Below are positions 52,212-63,833 of a stretch of DNA of 64,000 nucleotides, piece by piece. The stretch's first letter is position 1, and the number at the start of each line of letters is the position of its first letter. A model generated the notes under the pieces. It worked only from the letters and a program-made list of their open reading frames with translations, did no database searches and was not told where the DNA came from. The stretch comes from Alphaproteobacteria bacterium. GTDB taxonomy: Bacteria > Pseudomonadota > Alphaproteobacteria > CALKHQ01. The stretch is from positions 2,048,001 to 2,112,000 of the forward strand of contig CBDDFZ010000001.1 of the NCBI GenBank assembly GCA_965227515.1. The letters run 5' to 3'. Made by a program: the position numbers and the translations under genes.

Positions 52212-53228
52212 ATGAGCGAAATGTCTGTTCCGACCAACTGGATCGTGGCGGCGGCGCTGTCGGCTGTCGCGCTGGTGTTCGCGGCGGTGCCGGCCGCGGC
52301 CCAGTCCAACACATGCGAGTACGCCTATGACGGCGAGTGCGACGAGAGCTTCGGCACCGGGATCTGTGCGGAGGGCACCGACACCTGGGATTGCCGGCGT
52401 ACAGGCCCGCCGCCAGGGCCGGAAAGCTGCCCCTACAGCCGTGACGGCGAGTGCGACGAGCCGGGCGGTACCATGGTGTGCATTCCCTTCACCGACACCG
52501 CCGATTGCCGTCGCGAGGGCATCGATCCGAACCGGGTGTTCTTCGGCAGCGACGACAGGTTCTATCCCGACGTCACCGTGATGCCGTGGCGCGCCATCGG
52601 CCAGATCACCTATGTCAGCGGCGGTCATTGCAGCGGTGCGCTGGTCGGGCCGGACCTGGTGCTGACCGCCGCGCACTGCATGTTCGGCGGCGAGGGGCCG
52701 GGCGGCCGTGACGAGCCGTTGCAGTTCCTGGCCGGTCTGTCGGGCCCCAATGCCGTCGACTTTGCCAATGTGGTCGGCATTTACATGCCGCCCGAGTACG
52801 ACGACCGGTTGCACTCCGAGACGTCCGATATCGACGGCTACGACTGGGCCATTCTCACCTTGGACCAGCGTATCGGCGACCGCCTTGGCTGGCTGGACGT
52901 TGAGCCGCTATCCGCCGGCGAACTGAACAAATGGGTCAGCCAACGGACCCCGATCATGCAAGGTGGCTACAGCTACGACAGCAAGTCGTTCCTGTCCGCC
53001 AACCAGGGTTGCCATTTGCTGGACGTCTGGTCGGACAACACGGTGTTCCACCAGTGCGACACGCTGGTCGGCGATTCCGGGTCGCCGCTGTTTATCGCGG
53101 TCGACGGCGGCTACCGCGTCATCGGGCTGGAGTCAGCTACCTATCCCAACGACCAGTCGCAGTTCGACGACAACATGGCCGTCGACGCGCGCGCGTTCTG
53201 GCAGGCCGTTCAGCAGTTTGCCCAGTAG
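52212..53228 (+). CDS. secreted trypsin-like (V8-type) serine protease with two N-terminal Cys-rich repeats
   Basis: CSGALVG, LTAAHC, DWAIL, GDSGSP; two C.Y..DGECDE..G...C...TDT.DC repeats. Confidence 0.87.
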   Translation: MSEMSVPTNWIVAAALSAVALVFAAVPAAAQSNTCEYAYDGECDESFGTGICAEGTDTWDCRRTGPPPGPESCPYSRDGECDEPGGTMVCIPFTDTADCRREGIDPNRVFFGSDDRFYPDVTVMPWRAIGQITYVSGGHCSGALVGPDLVLTAAHCMFGGEGPGGRDEPLQFLAGLSGPNAVDFANVVGIYMPPEYDDRLHSETSDIDGYDWAILTLDQRIGDRLGWLDVEPLSAGELNKWVSQRTPIMQGGYSYDSKSFLSANQGCHLLDVWSDNTVFHQCDTLVGDSGSPLFIAVDGGYRVIGLESATYPNDQSQFDDNMAVDARAFWQAVQQFAQ

Positions 53229-53255
53229 CCACGCCGAAATTCGGGAGGGGACCGC

Positions 53256-54326
53256 ATGCCTGATCGGCACGCATTGATATTCGGGTCGACCGGTATGGTC
53301 GGCCGCAATTTGGCCGAGGTGCTGGTTGAGACGGGAGGCTGGCGGCTGACGGGGACGTCGCGGTCGCAGACGACCGGGCTCGCCGGCATCGACGAGGTGC
53401 ATTGCGACCTGACCGACGCCGCTGGAACACGGGCAGCGCTGTCGGGCGTCGATCCGGTCACCCACGTCTTTTACGCAACCTGGGTGCGCGGCGCCAACGA
53501 GGTGGAGAGTTGCGGCATCAACGAGACGATGATCCGCAACGCGTTGGATGCAGTCCCCGGCGACGCGCTGGCCCACGTGGCGCTGGTCACCGGGCTGAAG
53601 CACTATCTCGGTTCGTTCGAGGACTTCGCCAAGCGGCCGCTCGACACACCGATCGTGGAATCGATGCCGCGGGCGCCCGGCCGCAACTTCTACTTCGAGC
53701 AGGAAGACGCGGTGTTCGAGAGTGCGGAGAAACGCGGCCACACCTGGTCGGTGGCGCGGCCCCACACCATCATCGGCTATGCGCCCGGCAATCTGATGAA
53801 TCTGGGCACGTCGCTGGCGGTCTATGCGACCATTTGCAAGGAGACCGGGCGCCCATTCGTGTTTCCCGGTTCGCCGACCCAGCACGACGGGCTGACCGAT
53901 GTCAGCGATGCCCGCCAGGTGGCCCATCACATGGTCTGGTCGTCCACCGATCCCGCCGCGGCCGACACGGCGTTCAACGTCGCCAATGGTGACTACTTCC
54001 GCTGGCGGATCATCTGGCGGCACATCGCGGCCGCGTTCGGGCTCGAGGTCGCGCCCTATCCCGGCAAGACCCAGCCGATGGTCGACATGATGGCCGACAG
54101 TGCCGAGGTTTGGCGCGGCATTGCCGAGCGCCATGGCCTCGCCGAGCCAGACGTCACCCGGCTGGCGCCCTGGTGGCATGTGGACGCCGATCTCGGCCGC
54201 GATATCGAGGTGATGTGCGACATGGGGCTGAGCCGCGTGCGCGGCTTCACAGGCTATGTGCGCACCCCGGACTCGTTCGACGATTTGTTTGAAAGGTTGC
54301 GAAACGCGAACCTGATCCCCAAATAA
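53256..54326 (+). CDS. SDR of the VEP1/PRISE (progesterone 5-beta-reductase-like) family
   Basis: GSTGMVG, THVFY.TW, TGLKHY.G, NFYF.QED, WSVARP, FNVANGD.FRW. Confidence 0.85.
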   Translation: MPDRHALIFGSTGMVGRNLAEVLVETGGWRLTGTSRSQTTGLAGIDEVHCDLTDAAGTRAALSGVDPVTHVFYATWVRGANEVESCGINETMIRNALDAVPGDALAHVALVTGLKHYLGSFEDFAKRPLDTPIVESMPRAPGRNFYFEQEDAVFESAEKRGHTWSVARPHTIIGYAPGNLMNLGTSLAVYATICKETGRPFVFPGSPTQHDGLTDVSDARQVAHHMVWSSTDPAAADTAFNVANGDYFRWRIIWRHIAAAFGLEVAPYPGKTQPMVDMMADSAEVWRGIAERHGLAEPDVTRLAPWWHVDADLGRDIEVMCDMGLSRVRGFTGYVRTPDSFDDLFERLRNANLIPK

Positions 54327-54375
54327 GCGCGATTGCGGCGCTAACGGCTGAGCTTTCAGCCGGGGAGTATATTTT

Positions 54376-55788
54376 ATGACTCAAAGCCCGCACTCCATGC
54401 CCGTCGCCATTCGCGGCTATATCTGGCTCACCGTTGCTTCGATCGTCCTCGGCATTGTTTCCGCCGTCGCGGCCTCGATGGAATATTCGGTGCCGGGGTT
54501 GTTTCTCCCGCTCATCGTCGGCATTGCCATCCAGGCCATTGTGATCACACTGGTGGTCAAGCGGAAGAATTTCGTCCGCTACATCGTCCTGGTCGTCTAC
54601 GTCCTGGGCCTGATCCTGTCGGTAGGCGACATCGGCGCCCTGTTCGAGCTCCTTCCGCTCAGCGGTGCGATCAGCGTGATCACCTTTATCCTGGGCGCGA
54701 TCGCACTGGCGCTTCTGTTTTCGTCCGAGGCTTCGGCCTGGTTCACCGGCGGGCCTGAAGTTGCGCCGCGCAGTCCGGAGCAGCGCCGGCAAGACGCGCG
54801 CCGACTCCTTGTCGGTGGCGTTGTTGTGACCGGCTTCGTGGCGCTGGTCATAGCCGGCGCAATCGTCATTCCGATGCTGAAGGACTGGGATGCAGTGCTG
54901 GCGGCTTGCCTGGAGGGCACGCCCGAGAACGCCCGTCGGGATGCGGAGAAAGCCTGCGATGAGATCGTCGATGAGGATGATATCGACGTTGCCATGGCCT
55001 TCGCGGCCAACCTGCGCCTCGCCCAGATCGACGAGGGCAAGGAGAACTGGGCCGGTGCGTCCATTCACTATGGCAATGCCGCCGATCTGGATGACAGCAA
55101 CTTCGAAGTTTGGCTGAACGCCGGGATCGCTAACGTAAACCGGGCGTCCCATTATCTGGCGATTCCGCGGCTGGACCACGCCGTGGAACTGCGGCCCGAC
55201 GACCCCGAGGCGCGGCGGTACCGCGGGCTCGCATTGATGCTGCGCGTCTATCAGACCGACGACCTTGGCCGGTTGGACGAGGCGATCGCCGACATGGAGC
55301 TGGCGCAGGCCGATTTCCCCGACGATGTGGAATTGTTGGAGTACCTGGGCAACGCGTTGCGGCTGGCGGATCGATTCGACCAGTCATTGGCAGTGTTCGA
55401 GCATGCGCACGCCCTGGAGCCGGACAACAACCCGGTCATCATGGGCATGGCCATGACCCTGGCCGCTGCCGAACGCTATGAGGACGCGCTGGTCTGGTTG
55501 CGGTCGGATCTGATCCAGGTCGCCGCAAGCAAGCAGGTCGCGGCACTCTTCGTCATTCTGTCCGAGTGCCGGCTGGGCAATTTCGGGGCGGCCGACGAGG
55601 CGTTCGACATCCACCGCGAAAGCGGCAGGCTGTCGATCGGGGTGTGGACCAGCCTGCTTGACGAGTTCGGCTATGGCGAGATCGCAGGGCCGGATGGCGA
55701 GACGACTGGCGAGGAGCCGGTGCTGGCTCAGTACGCGGTCTGGAAGGACGACGGCTGCCCGCTGCCAGACACGGCGTTCTGGGGTTAG
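54376..55788 (+). CDS. multi-pass membrane protein with a C-terminal TPR domain
   Basis: About five hydrophobic helices, then TPR-like helices (AVELRPDDPEA..YRGLA, LGNAL, ALEPDN). Confidence 0.7.
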   Translation: MTQSPHSMPVAIRGYIWLTVASIVLGIVSAVAASMEYSVPGLFLPLIVGIAIQAIVITLVVKRKNFVRYIVLVVYVLGLILSVGDIGALFELLPLSGAISVITFILGAIALALLFSSEASAWFTGGPEVAPRSPEQRRQDARRLLVGGVVVTGFVALVIAGAIVIPMLKDWDAVLAACLEGTPENARRDAEKACDEIVDEDDIDVAMAFAANLRLAQIDEGKENWAGASIHYGNAADLDDSNFEVWLNAGIANVNRASHYLAIPRLDHAVELRPDDPEARRYRGLALMLRVYQTDDLGRLDEAIADMELAQADFPDDVELLEYLGNALRLADRFDQSLAVFEHAHALEPDNNPVIMGMAMTLAAAERYEDALVWLRSDLIQVAASKQVAALFVILSECRLGNFGAADEAFDIHRESGRLSIGVWTSLLDEFGYGEIAGPDGETTGEEPVLAQYAVWKDDGCPLPDTAFWG

Positions 55789-55837
55789 GGCGCTTTCGCC
55801 CACTCAGCGTGAGCCGATTGCGATCCAGACGCGCGCG

Positions 55838-56362
55838 TCAGTGAGTCTGGAGTTCCGGCCCCGTGGCACCCGCCGGCATGACGATGACGTCCACGCTCAT
55901 GGGGTCGGTGTTCTCGAACGCCAGGTCGACGGTGAAGGTATCGCCGACCGCGAGCGGGGCGGACACGTCCATCAGCATGATGTGCAGCCCACCGGGTGCC
56001 AGGTCGATTTCCTCGCCCGGCGCGATCGCGAGCCCATCCTCCAGATGGCGCATGCGCATCACGTCGCCATCCATGACCGTCTCGTGAATCATGGTCATGG
56101 CCGCGACGTCGCTGTCGCCGCCCACCAGCACGATCTCGGAATCTGTGTCGTTGACAATGGTTGCATAGACGGCTGCGTTGGCACCGGCCCGCGCGGTCGC
56201 CCGCGCCCAGGCGTCCAGCACGATGACCGAGTTCGTGGTATCGCCCTGATCGTCGCCGGCGTCGTCGCCACGGTCGTCGGCGTGGACGGCCACGGTCGCC
56301 GAGACCAGCACCGTCAGCGCCATCGCGGTGCAGGCCAGCGAGATCCGCGAAAGCCGGCCCAT
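55838..56362 (-). CDS. periplasmic copper chaperone PCu(A)C
   Basis: DAWARAT, AAVY, IHET..DGDVMRM, LAPGGLHIMLM. Start at 56362 gives a signal peptide; track start is 56533. Confidence 0.88.
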   Translation of the reverse strand: MGRLSRISLACTAMALTVLVSATVAVHADDRGDDAGDDQGDTTNSVIVLDAWARATARAGANAAVYATIVNDTDSEIVLVGGDSDVAAMTMIHETVMDGDVMRMRHLEDGLAIAPGEEIDLAPGGLHIMLMDVSAPLAVGDTFTVDLAFENTDPMSVDVIVMPAGATGPELQTH

Positions 56363-56603
56363 GCGGCGCTCGAAGTCCTCACGGGCTCGCGCGTGGCGGG
56401 CCTGGGCGAGGCCAGCCTGGGCGCCATGCGGCGTGAATGCATCGGTGTTCTGTACGGAAGCGTCGTGCAATGCTGCCATCTCGTCGCGCCAGCGCCATAT
56501 TGGCGCCGCATGTCTGCTGTACCGGGGTGCCAACTGATATGGTGGCGCACCCTGCGCCCGGCAACCGTTTTTCCGTTTACAGAACGTTAACGCGCAGATG
56601 CGC

Positions 56604-56635
56604 CAACCCGCGCTCCCAGTTTGGAGCGCGGGTTG
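56604..56635. terminator. 13-bp-stem hairpin downstream of the Bax-like gene
   Basis: caacccgcgctcc-N6-ggagcgcgggttg. Confidence 0.55.
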
Positions 56636-56659
56636 TAGGCAATTGATGTAGTTAGATTT

Positions 56660-57703
56660 TTAAAACCGCGTCGGCTGGACGCGGACCGACTCACCTTCCG
56701 CCAATCGCGCGGTGGTGAAATCCTCCAGCTCGTTGCTGGTCATGATGTTGCGGATGTAGCTGATGTAGTGGTGCGGGTTCTCCGCATACCGCGTCAGCGT
56801 GCCGATCAGCGCGTAGGCATCCAGCGGCTGGCCGGCGGCGCGCATCCGTGCCCGGTCGGCGCGGAACTCGCGATAGGCCGGGTGCGTGTTCAGGTTCATG
56901 GTGTAGGCCACCACCGATTCGAGCAGGCTGTCGAACCGCCTGATCGAATGGGTCGCGCCGGCGGACCGGTTGGCCGGCACGATGCCGGCCGCGCCCCACG
57001 TGTACTGGCCGAACATCGCGTTGCCTTCGCGGGCGAAGCGCGAGCGCCCCCAGCCGCTCTCGGCGATGGCCTGGGCCAACGCCATCGGGGTCGGAACGAT
57101 ATCCACGCGGGTCAGCAGCGCATCCAGGTCTTCCAGCGTCACCATCACCGCGGTGCCGTCCTCGGCCGGCTCGATCACCGCATAGAGCTGCGCCAGCTCG
57201 ACCAGCCACTGCATCTCCCCGGTGGAGGGGATGTTGCCGGCCACCAGCCGGTCGCGCAGGCTGATGATCATCGCGCGGTCCGCGGCAATCGCCTCGTTCA
57301 CCCGCAGCACCATCGGCAGGACGGTGCGGATAAACAGGCCCTTTCGTTCGGAGATCGGCCCAATGTCGGTCCAGCCGACCGGCAGGCTGCTGAGGAACAG
57401 TCGCGGCACCTCGGCCTGTTGCGCACGCACGCTGGCGATGTCGTATCCCAGCACATCGTGCAGGCTGCCCACTTCCTGTGCGTTGGCAACGAACACCATC
57501 GATGCGCGTTCGGTTTCCGACCAGTTCAGCAACGGCAGAATGAAGCCGTTGGTTGCGGTCGCAATGGCGACATTGTTGTCGCCGTTGGCGCCATTGTCCG
57601 CAGGAATGTCCAATGCCTGGGCGCCGGTGGCACCCGTGAGCAGGAAAACAAAACCCACTGCGGCGCACGACGCGGTGCGCCACCCATTCATCATGTCTGT
57701 CAT
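56660..57703 (-). CDS. Bax-like glucosaminidase (GH73)-domain exported protein
   Basis: RKGLFI, RVDIVP..MALAQA.AESGWGRSRFAREGN.MFGQ, NLNTHPAY. Confidence 0.87.
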   Translation of the reverse strand: MTDMMNGWRTASCAAVGFVFLLTGATGAQALDIPADNGANGDNNVAIATATNGFILPLLNWSETERASMVFVANAQEVGSLHDVLGYDIASVRAQQAEVPRLFLSSLPVGWTDIGPISERKGLFIRTVLPMVLRVNEAIAADRAMIISLRDRLVAGNIPSTGEMQWLVELAQLYAVIEPAEDGTAVMVTLEDLDALLTRVDIVPTPMALAQAIAESGWGRSRFAREGNAMFGQYTWGAAGIVPANRSAGATHSIRRFDSLLESVVAYTMNLNTHPAYREFRADRARMRAAGQPLDAYALIGTLTRYAENPHHYISYIRNIMTSNELEDFTTARLAEGESVRVQPTRF

Positions 57704-57786
57704 TTTTCATCTCGCCGCCGCCTCACTGGCGGTCGGCGTCCCGACCCTGTTGTCCTAGTTCTCAGGTGTCATTGCCGCCAAGCCCA

Positions 57787-58341
57787 TCAGGCGACGGCAC
57801 GCACCTCGATCACCTCCGGCACGTAGTGTTTCAACAATTGCTCGATCCCCATCTTCAACGTCGCCGTAGAACTTGGGCAGCCCGCGCACGCACCCTGCAT
57901 GTGCAGATAGACAATGCCGTCTACAAACCCGTGGAACAGGATATCCCCCCCGTCCTGGGCCACAGCCGGTCGAACCCGGGTATCGAGCAACTCCTTAATC
58001 TGTACGACGATGTCATCGTCGTCCTCATCCTCCGCCGCGTCGCCCTTGGCCGTGGTCCCCAACACCGCTGGCTCGCCGGACATGAAATGATCCATGATCG
58101 CGCCGAGCACGGCCGGCTTCATGCGAAACCAATCCTGGCCGTCGGTCTTCGAGACGGAGATGAAGTCGTTCCCCAGGAACACCTGGGTAACACCGCTGAT
58201 CCCGAAGATGCGCCGCGCCAGCGGCGAAGTTTCGGCCTCGTCAACCGAGGCAAAATTGGCGGGGTCACCGCCAACTACCTCGCGACCGGGCAGAAACTTG
58301 ATCGTCGCCGGATTTGGGGTCTCTTCGGTTTCAATAAACAT
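57787..58341 (-). CDS. nfuA: Nfu/NifU-C family Fe-S carrier
   Basis: MFIETEETPNPAT.KFLPG, RVRPAVAQDGGDI, GACAGCPSS. Confidence 0.93.
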   Translation of the reverse strand: MFIETEETPNPATIKFLPGREVVGGDPANFASVDEAETSPLARRIFGISGVTQVFLGNDFISVSKTDGQDWFRMKPAVLGAIMDHFMSGEPAVLGTTAKGDAAEDEDDDDIVVQIKELLDTRVRPAVAQDGGDILFHGFVDGIVYLHMQGACAGCPSSTATLKMGIEQLLKHYVPEVIEVRAVA

Positions 58342-58517
58342 CGCGGCATCCCGGCAAGCTATAGCTTACCTGTTGTTAACCGAAGCGACTCTGGTCATCG
58401 CGCGGTCGGAGTCAATTGGCAAAGCATTACGAAGCTGTAGGGTTTGCCTAACCCATTGAATTCAGTAGATCGCGCCGCGACCCGTGCGCGGTTGTTGCAC
58501 AGGCCGGCATAGCCCGA

Positions 58518-59537
58518 TCAGCCGCCGGACGGCACCGGCGCGTCCTCGCGCAACAATCCCTCGTGCTTCAGCTCCGCCCACAGGTCGGCCGGGATCGGGC
58601 GCTCCATCGCCTCGATATTGCGCGTCACCTCATAGGGGGTGACGGCGCCCGGCACAATGGACGAGATGTTCGGATGGCCGAGCGGGAACTGCATCGACGC
58701 CGCCGCCAACGGCGTGTCGTGGCGCTGGCAGACCGCCTGGATCGCGCCGACCCGCTGCAGGATCTCTTCGGGTGCATCGACGTAGTTGTACTTGGCGCCA
58801 GGCACCGGGCCGGTGGCCAGGATGCCGGAGTTGTAGGGGCCGCCCAGCATGATCCCGATGTTGCGCTCGGCGCACAGCGGCAGGAAGTCGTCCAGCGCGC
58901 CCTGCTCCAGCAGGGTGTAGCGCCCGGCGAGCAGAAAGCAGTCGAAGTCGCCGTCGCGCGCGAAACGGGCGCACAGGTCGGCCTCGTTGATGCCGACGCC
59001 GATCGCCTGCACCGCGCCTTGCGCGCGCATCTCCGACAGCGCCTTGAAGGCGCCGTCCATGGCGATCTTGTAGTGGTGTTCCATCTGGTCGCCATGGGTC
59101 CACACATCGCAGTCGTGGATCAGCAGGATGTCGAAGCGCGAGATGCCCATGCGCATCATCGACTGCTCCACCGAGCGCCAGGTGGCGTCGTAGCTGTAGT
59201 CGAACACCAGGTCGAACTCGAGCCCGCTGTTCCATTGGCCGCGATCCTCGGTCGCCGGGCGCGGCGGCATGTAGCGGCCGACCTTGGTGCAGAGGTGATA
59301 GCTGTCGCGCGGGCGCTGGCGCAGGTTGAAGCCGAACCGCATCTCGCTGGTGCCGTAGCCGTACAGTGGCGCCGTGTCGAACAGCGCGATGCCGCCGTCG
59401 CAGGCGGCGTCCAACGTCGCCTGGCAAACGCGCTCGTCCACCGGATGGTAGACACCGCCGATGGGCACGCCGCCGAGACCGAGTATGGTGACGTCGAGGC
59501 CGGACGTGCCGAGGGTGCGTCGGTCGGAGACCTTCAT
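58518..59537 (-). CDS. aldo/keto reductase (D-threo-aldose dehydrogenase-like)
   Basis: FDTAPLYGYG.SE, TKVGR, FDYSYD, LIHD, LLAGRYTLLEQ, GGPYNSGIL. Confidence 0.9.
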   Translation of the reverse strand: MKVSDRRTLGTSGLDVTILGLGGVPIGGVYHPVDERVCQATLDAACDGGIALFDTAPLYGYGTSEMRFGFNLRQRPRDSYHLCTKVGRYMPPRPATEDRGQWNSGLEFDLVFDYSYDATWRSVEQSMMRMGISRFDILLIHDCDVWTHGDQMEHHYKIAMDGAFKALSEMRAQGAVQAIGVGINEADLCARFARDGDFDCFLLAGRYTLLEQGALDDFLPLCAERNIGIMLGGPYNSGILATGPVPGAKYNYVDAPEEILQRVGAIQAVCQRHDTPLAAASMQFPLGHPNISSIVPGAVTPYEVTRNIEAMERPIPADLWAELKHEGLLREDAPVPSGG

Positions 59538-59673
59538 GGCGGTGTTCCTGTAATGCGTGATGGGTGTGCGCGAGGCCGGCGCAGTCTGGACCAGGCGCGT
59601 GGTGCGATCAATCTCGGCTTTGGGTCGACCGCGCGCCTTGTATGCACAAAGACCCGATGGCGTATTCGATGGC

Positions 59674-59702
59674 TTGATGGGGGAGGGGCACCTATGTATA
59701 AG
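59674..59702 (+). promoter_or_regulatory. sigma70-like promoter for tRNA-Pro
   Basis: TTGATG-N17-TATAAG about 9 nt upstream of the tRNA. Confidence 0.55.
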
Positions 59703-59711
59703 GCCGGCAGT

Positions 59712-59788
59712 CGGAGTGTAGCTCAGCCTGGTAGAGCACCGTCTTCGGGAGGCGGGGGCCGGTGGTTCGAATCCACTCACTCCGACCA
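59712..59788 (+). tRNA. tRNA-Pro (anticodon CGG)
   Basis: CGGAGTG acceptor stem / CACTCCG-A-CCA; D loop AGCCTGGTA; anticodon arm CCGTC-TTCGGGA-GGCGG; T loop TTCGAAT. Confidence 0.96.
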
Positions 59789-59860
59789 GACTGCCTGCAC
59801 ACATCTCCCACCACATCGATGCCACCCGTCCATATGGCGCACGTCACCGCGGGAGCACGC

Positions 59861-60730
59861 GTGAGCGAAGAGGTGCCCCAGGGCCGCGCGGGCGACGCAT
59901 GCGTGCCCCGAACGACCCCGGTACGCTTGCAGCGCGCGGTCGGCCGCATCGAGGCGGGTTTCCAATTTGACGGCACGACCACCCGGGTGCACCGGGGCTT
60001 CCAGTCCGGCTGCGGGCGGCTGCGCTTTCCGCGCCAGCACGACGGGCTGACGCCGACCGGCGTGATGCTGAACACGGCCGGCGGGCTCACGTCGGGCGAC
60101 CGGTTCGATGTCTCGGCTGACGTTGGCGCCGGCGCGGCGGCGGCGATGACCACCCAGGCGGCGGAGCGCGTCTACCGCTGCAACGGCCCAGCGGCCAAGG
60201 TCGCCAACACCCTCAACATCGAAGGCGGCGGGCGCCTGGATTGGCTGCCGCAGGAGACCATTCTGTTCGACGGCTGCAACCTGGAGCGCACGACCGCCGC
60301 GACCATGGCCGGCGACGCGACCCTGACCGCCACCGAACTGGTGGTCTATGGGCGCACCGCCATGGGCGAACGGGTGACCGACGGCCGGTTCGCCGACCGC
60401 TGGCGCGTGGTGCGCGACGGCCGCCTGGTCTTTGCCGACACCACCCGGCTGGCGGGCCCCATCGCCGACACCTTGGCGCTGCCGGGAGTGGCCGGCGGCG
60501 GCATCGCGGTGGCCCTGATTTTGCACGTTTCGCCGCGGGCATCGGCCCTGTTGCCCGACGTGCGCCAGGCATTGTCACATGCCGAAGGGCCGGCGGGCGC
60601 CAGCGCGTTCGACGGCATTCTGGTCGCGCGTGCGGTGGCGGCGACGGCGGCGCGGTTGCGCGCGACCGTGCTTGAGGTTATGGCCGTAGTGCGCGATGGC
60701 TTGCCGCCGCCACGCAGTTGGATGGTGTAG
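59861..60730 (+). CDS. ureD: urease accessory protein UreD
   Basis: [42 protein letters not shown]. Start (GTG after GGGAG) uncertain. Confidence 0.9.
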   Translation: MSEEVPQGRAGDACVPRTTPVRLQRAVGRIEAGFQFDGTTTRVHRGFQSGCGRLRFPRQHDGLTPTGVMLNTAGGLTSGDRFDVSADVGAGAAAAMTTQAAERVYRCNGPAAKVANTLNIEGGGRLDWLPQETILFDGCNLERTTAATMAGDATLTATELVVYGRTAMGERVTDGRFADRWRVVRDGRLVFADTTRLAGPIADTLALPGVAGGGIAVALILHVSPRASALLPDVRQALSHAEGPAGASAFDGILVARAVAATAARLRATVLEVMAVVRDGLPPPRSWMV

Positions 60731-60756
60731 CGACAAGAGTCTCAAGGGGAGGGGAC

Positions 60757-61059
60757 ATGCAACTGACACCGCGGGAGAAGGACAAGCTCATGGTCGCCAT
60801 GGCGGCGAACGTGGCGCGCCGCCGCCTGGAGCGTGGCGTGAAGCTGAACCACCCGGAAGCGATTGCGCTGATCACCGACTTCGTGGTCGAGGGCGCGCGC
60901 GACGGCCGCCCGGTCGCCGAGCTGATGGAAGCCGGCGCCCACGTGATCGGCCGCGACCAGGTGATGGAGGGGATCGCCGAGATGATCCACGACGTCCAGG
61001 TCGAGGCGACCTTCCCCGACGGCACCAAGCTCGTCACCGTCCACAACCCGATCCGCTGA
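60757..61059 (+). CDS. ureA: urease gamma subunit
   Basis: [11 protein letters not shown]...KLNHPEA...[17 protein letters not shown]. Confidence 0.97.
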   Translation: MQLTPREKDKLMVAMAANVARRRLERGVKLNHPEAIALITDFVVEGARDGRPVAELMEAGAHVIGRDQVMEGIAEMIHDVQVEATFPDGTKLVTVHNPIR

Positions 61060-61069
61060 GGGGGCCGCC

Positions 61070-61396
61070 ATGATCCCGGGTGAAGTCATTCCCGCCGACG
61101 GCGAGATCACGCTGAACGCTGACCGCGCGGCGGTCACCATGACCGTCGCCAACACCGGCGACCGGCCGGTGCAGGTGGGCAGCCACTATCATTTCGCCGA
61201 GACCAATCCGGCGCTCGATTTCGACCGCGAGGCCGCGCGCGGCATGCGGCTGGACATTCCCGCCGGCACTGCGGTGCGGTTCGAGCCGGGGCAGAGCCGG
61301 GAGGTGACGCTGGTCGCCTATGCCGGCGAGCGCGCCGTTTACGGATTCAATCAGCGGGTCATGGGCCCGCTGGACCCATCAGGCTCGGAGGGCTGA
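61070..61396 (+). CDS. ureB: urease beta subunit
   Basis: [29 protein letters not shown]. Confidence 0.97.
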   Translation: MIPGEVIPADGEITLNADRAAVTMTVANTGDRPVQVGSHYHFAETNPALDFDREAARGMRLDIPAGTAVRFEPGQSREVTLVAYAGERAVYGFNQRVMGPLDPSGSEG

Positions 61397-61399
61397 GCG

Positions 61400-63112
<1,713 letters not shown>

Positions 63113-63191
63113 CCCGGACACATGAAGACGAGCATTTCCGCTGCCGATACCCGAGCCGCCGCCATTCAAGCCGCCCTCACTGCGATTCCGA

Positions 63192-63644
63192 TTGATCGCG
63201 GCGGGGTTTCTGCTGGTGGTCCTCGCGGTACTGGCCGGGCTGTTCTACGTCCTGTCGATTTCGGCGGATCATGCGGCGGTCTATGCGGCGGCGGTGTTCG
63301 CGATAAGTGGCTGCGCCATCTGGCTGGTCGGCCGCCACAATGGCAATTTCCGGCGCTGGCGCGCCCTGGTGCGCGAGACGATGGCGGGCGAGTCCCGGCG
63401 TCAGGCGTGGGCCCTGGCCAACCGGGATCTGCCGCGGGTCAAACGACAGTCTCGCCTGATCGGCCTGGCGTTGACGGCGGCGGGCGTGCTGATGGCGATC
63501 GCCATCGCTGCGGCGCTGATCATCGGCGACCTGACATCTTACCGCTTCACGCTCTTCATTCCACTGGTCCTGCTCGCGGCGGGCTTGTGGATGCTCGTCA
63601 CCGGTCGTCAGCCCGATCCGCGCCGTGGCAAGGCGAAGCGATGA
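63192..63644 (+). CDS. hypothetical 4-TM membrane protein within the urease operon
   Basis: Four hydrophobic segments. The true start may be ATG 63122 with a frameshift near 63191. Confidence 0.55.
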   Translation: MIAAGFLLVVLAVLAGLFYVLSISADHAAVYAAAVFAISGCAIWLVGRHNGNFRRWRALVRETMAGESRRQAWALANRDLPRVKRQSRLIGLALTAAGVLMAIAIAAALIIGDLTSYRFTLFIPLVLLAAGLWMLVTGRQPDPRRGKAKR

Positions 63645-63725
63645 GTTCGAGGGGCCGGCGTGCGGCCGAAGGCGCAGCGTTACGTCCTGTCTTGAGGGCA
63701 AATGCTCTCAATGACCAACTCACAC

Positions 63726-63812
63726 CGTCATGCCCGCACTTGTTGCGGGCATCCACGTCTTTGCAACGGCTGATGCAAGTCGTGGATGGTCGGGACAAGC
63801 CCGACCATGACG
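63726..63812. repeat. CGTC-type REP doublet, family A copy 3
   Basis: Arms almost identical to 2926-3012; different spacer. Confidence 0.85.
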
Positions 63813-63833
63813 CGGGGTGCTAGGTTGAGTGCA

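Noticed and set aside
59712-59860. tRNA-Pro as the attachment site of a urease island
   Set aside because: No integrase, no duplicated tRNA 3' end seen in the window, and the urease genes have host-like codon usage.
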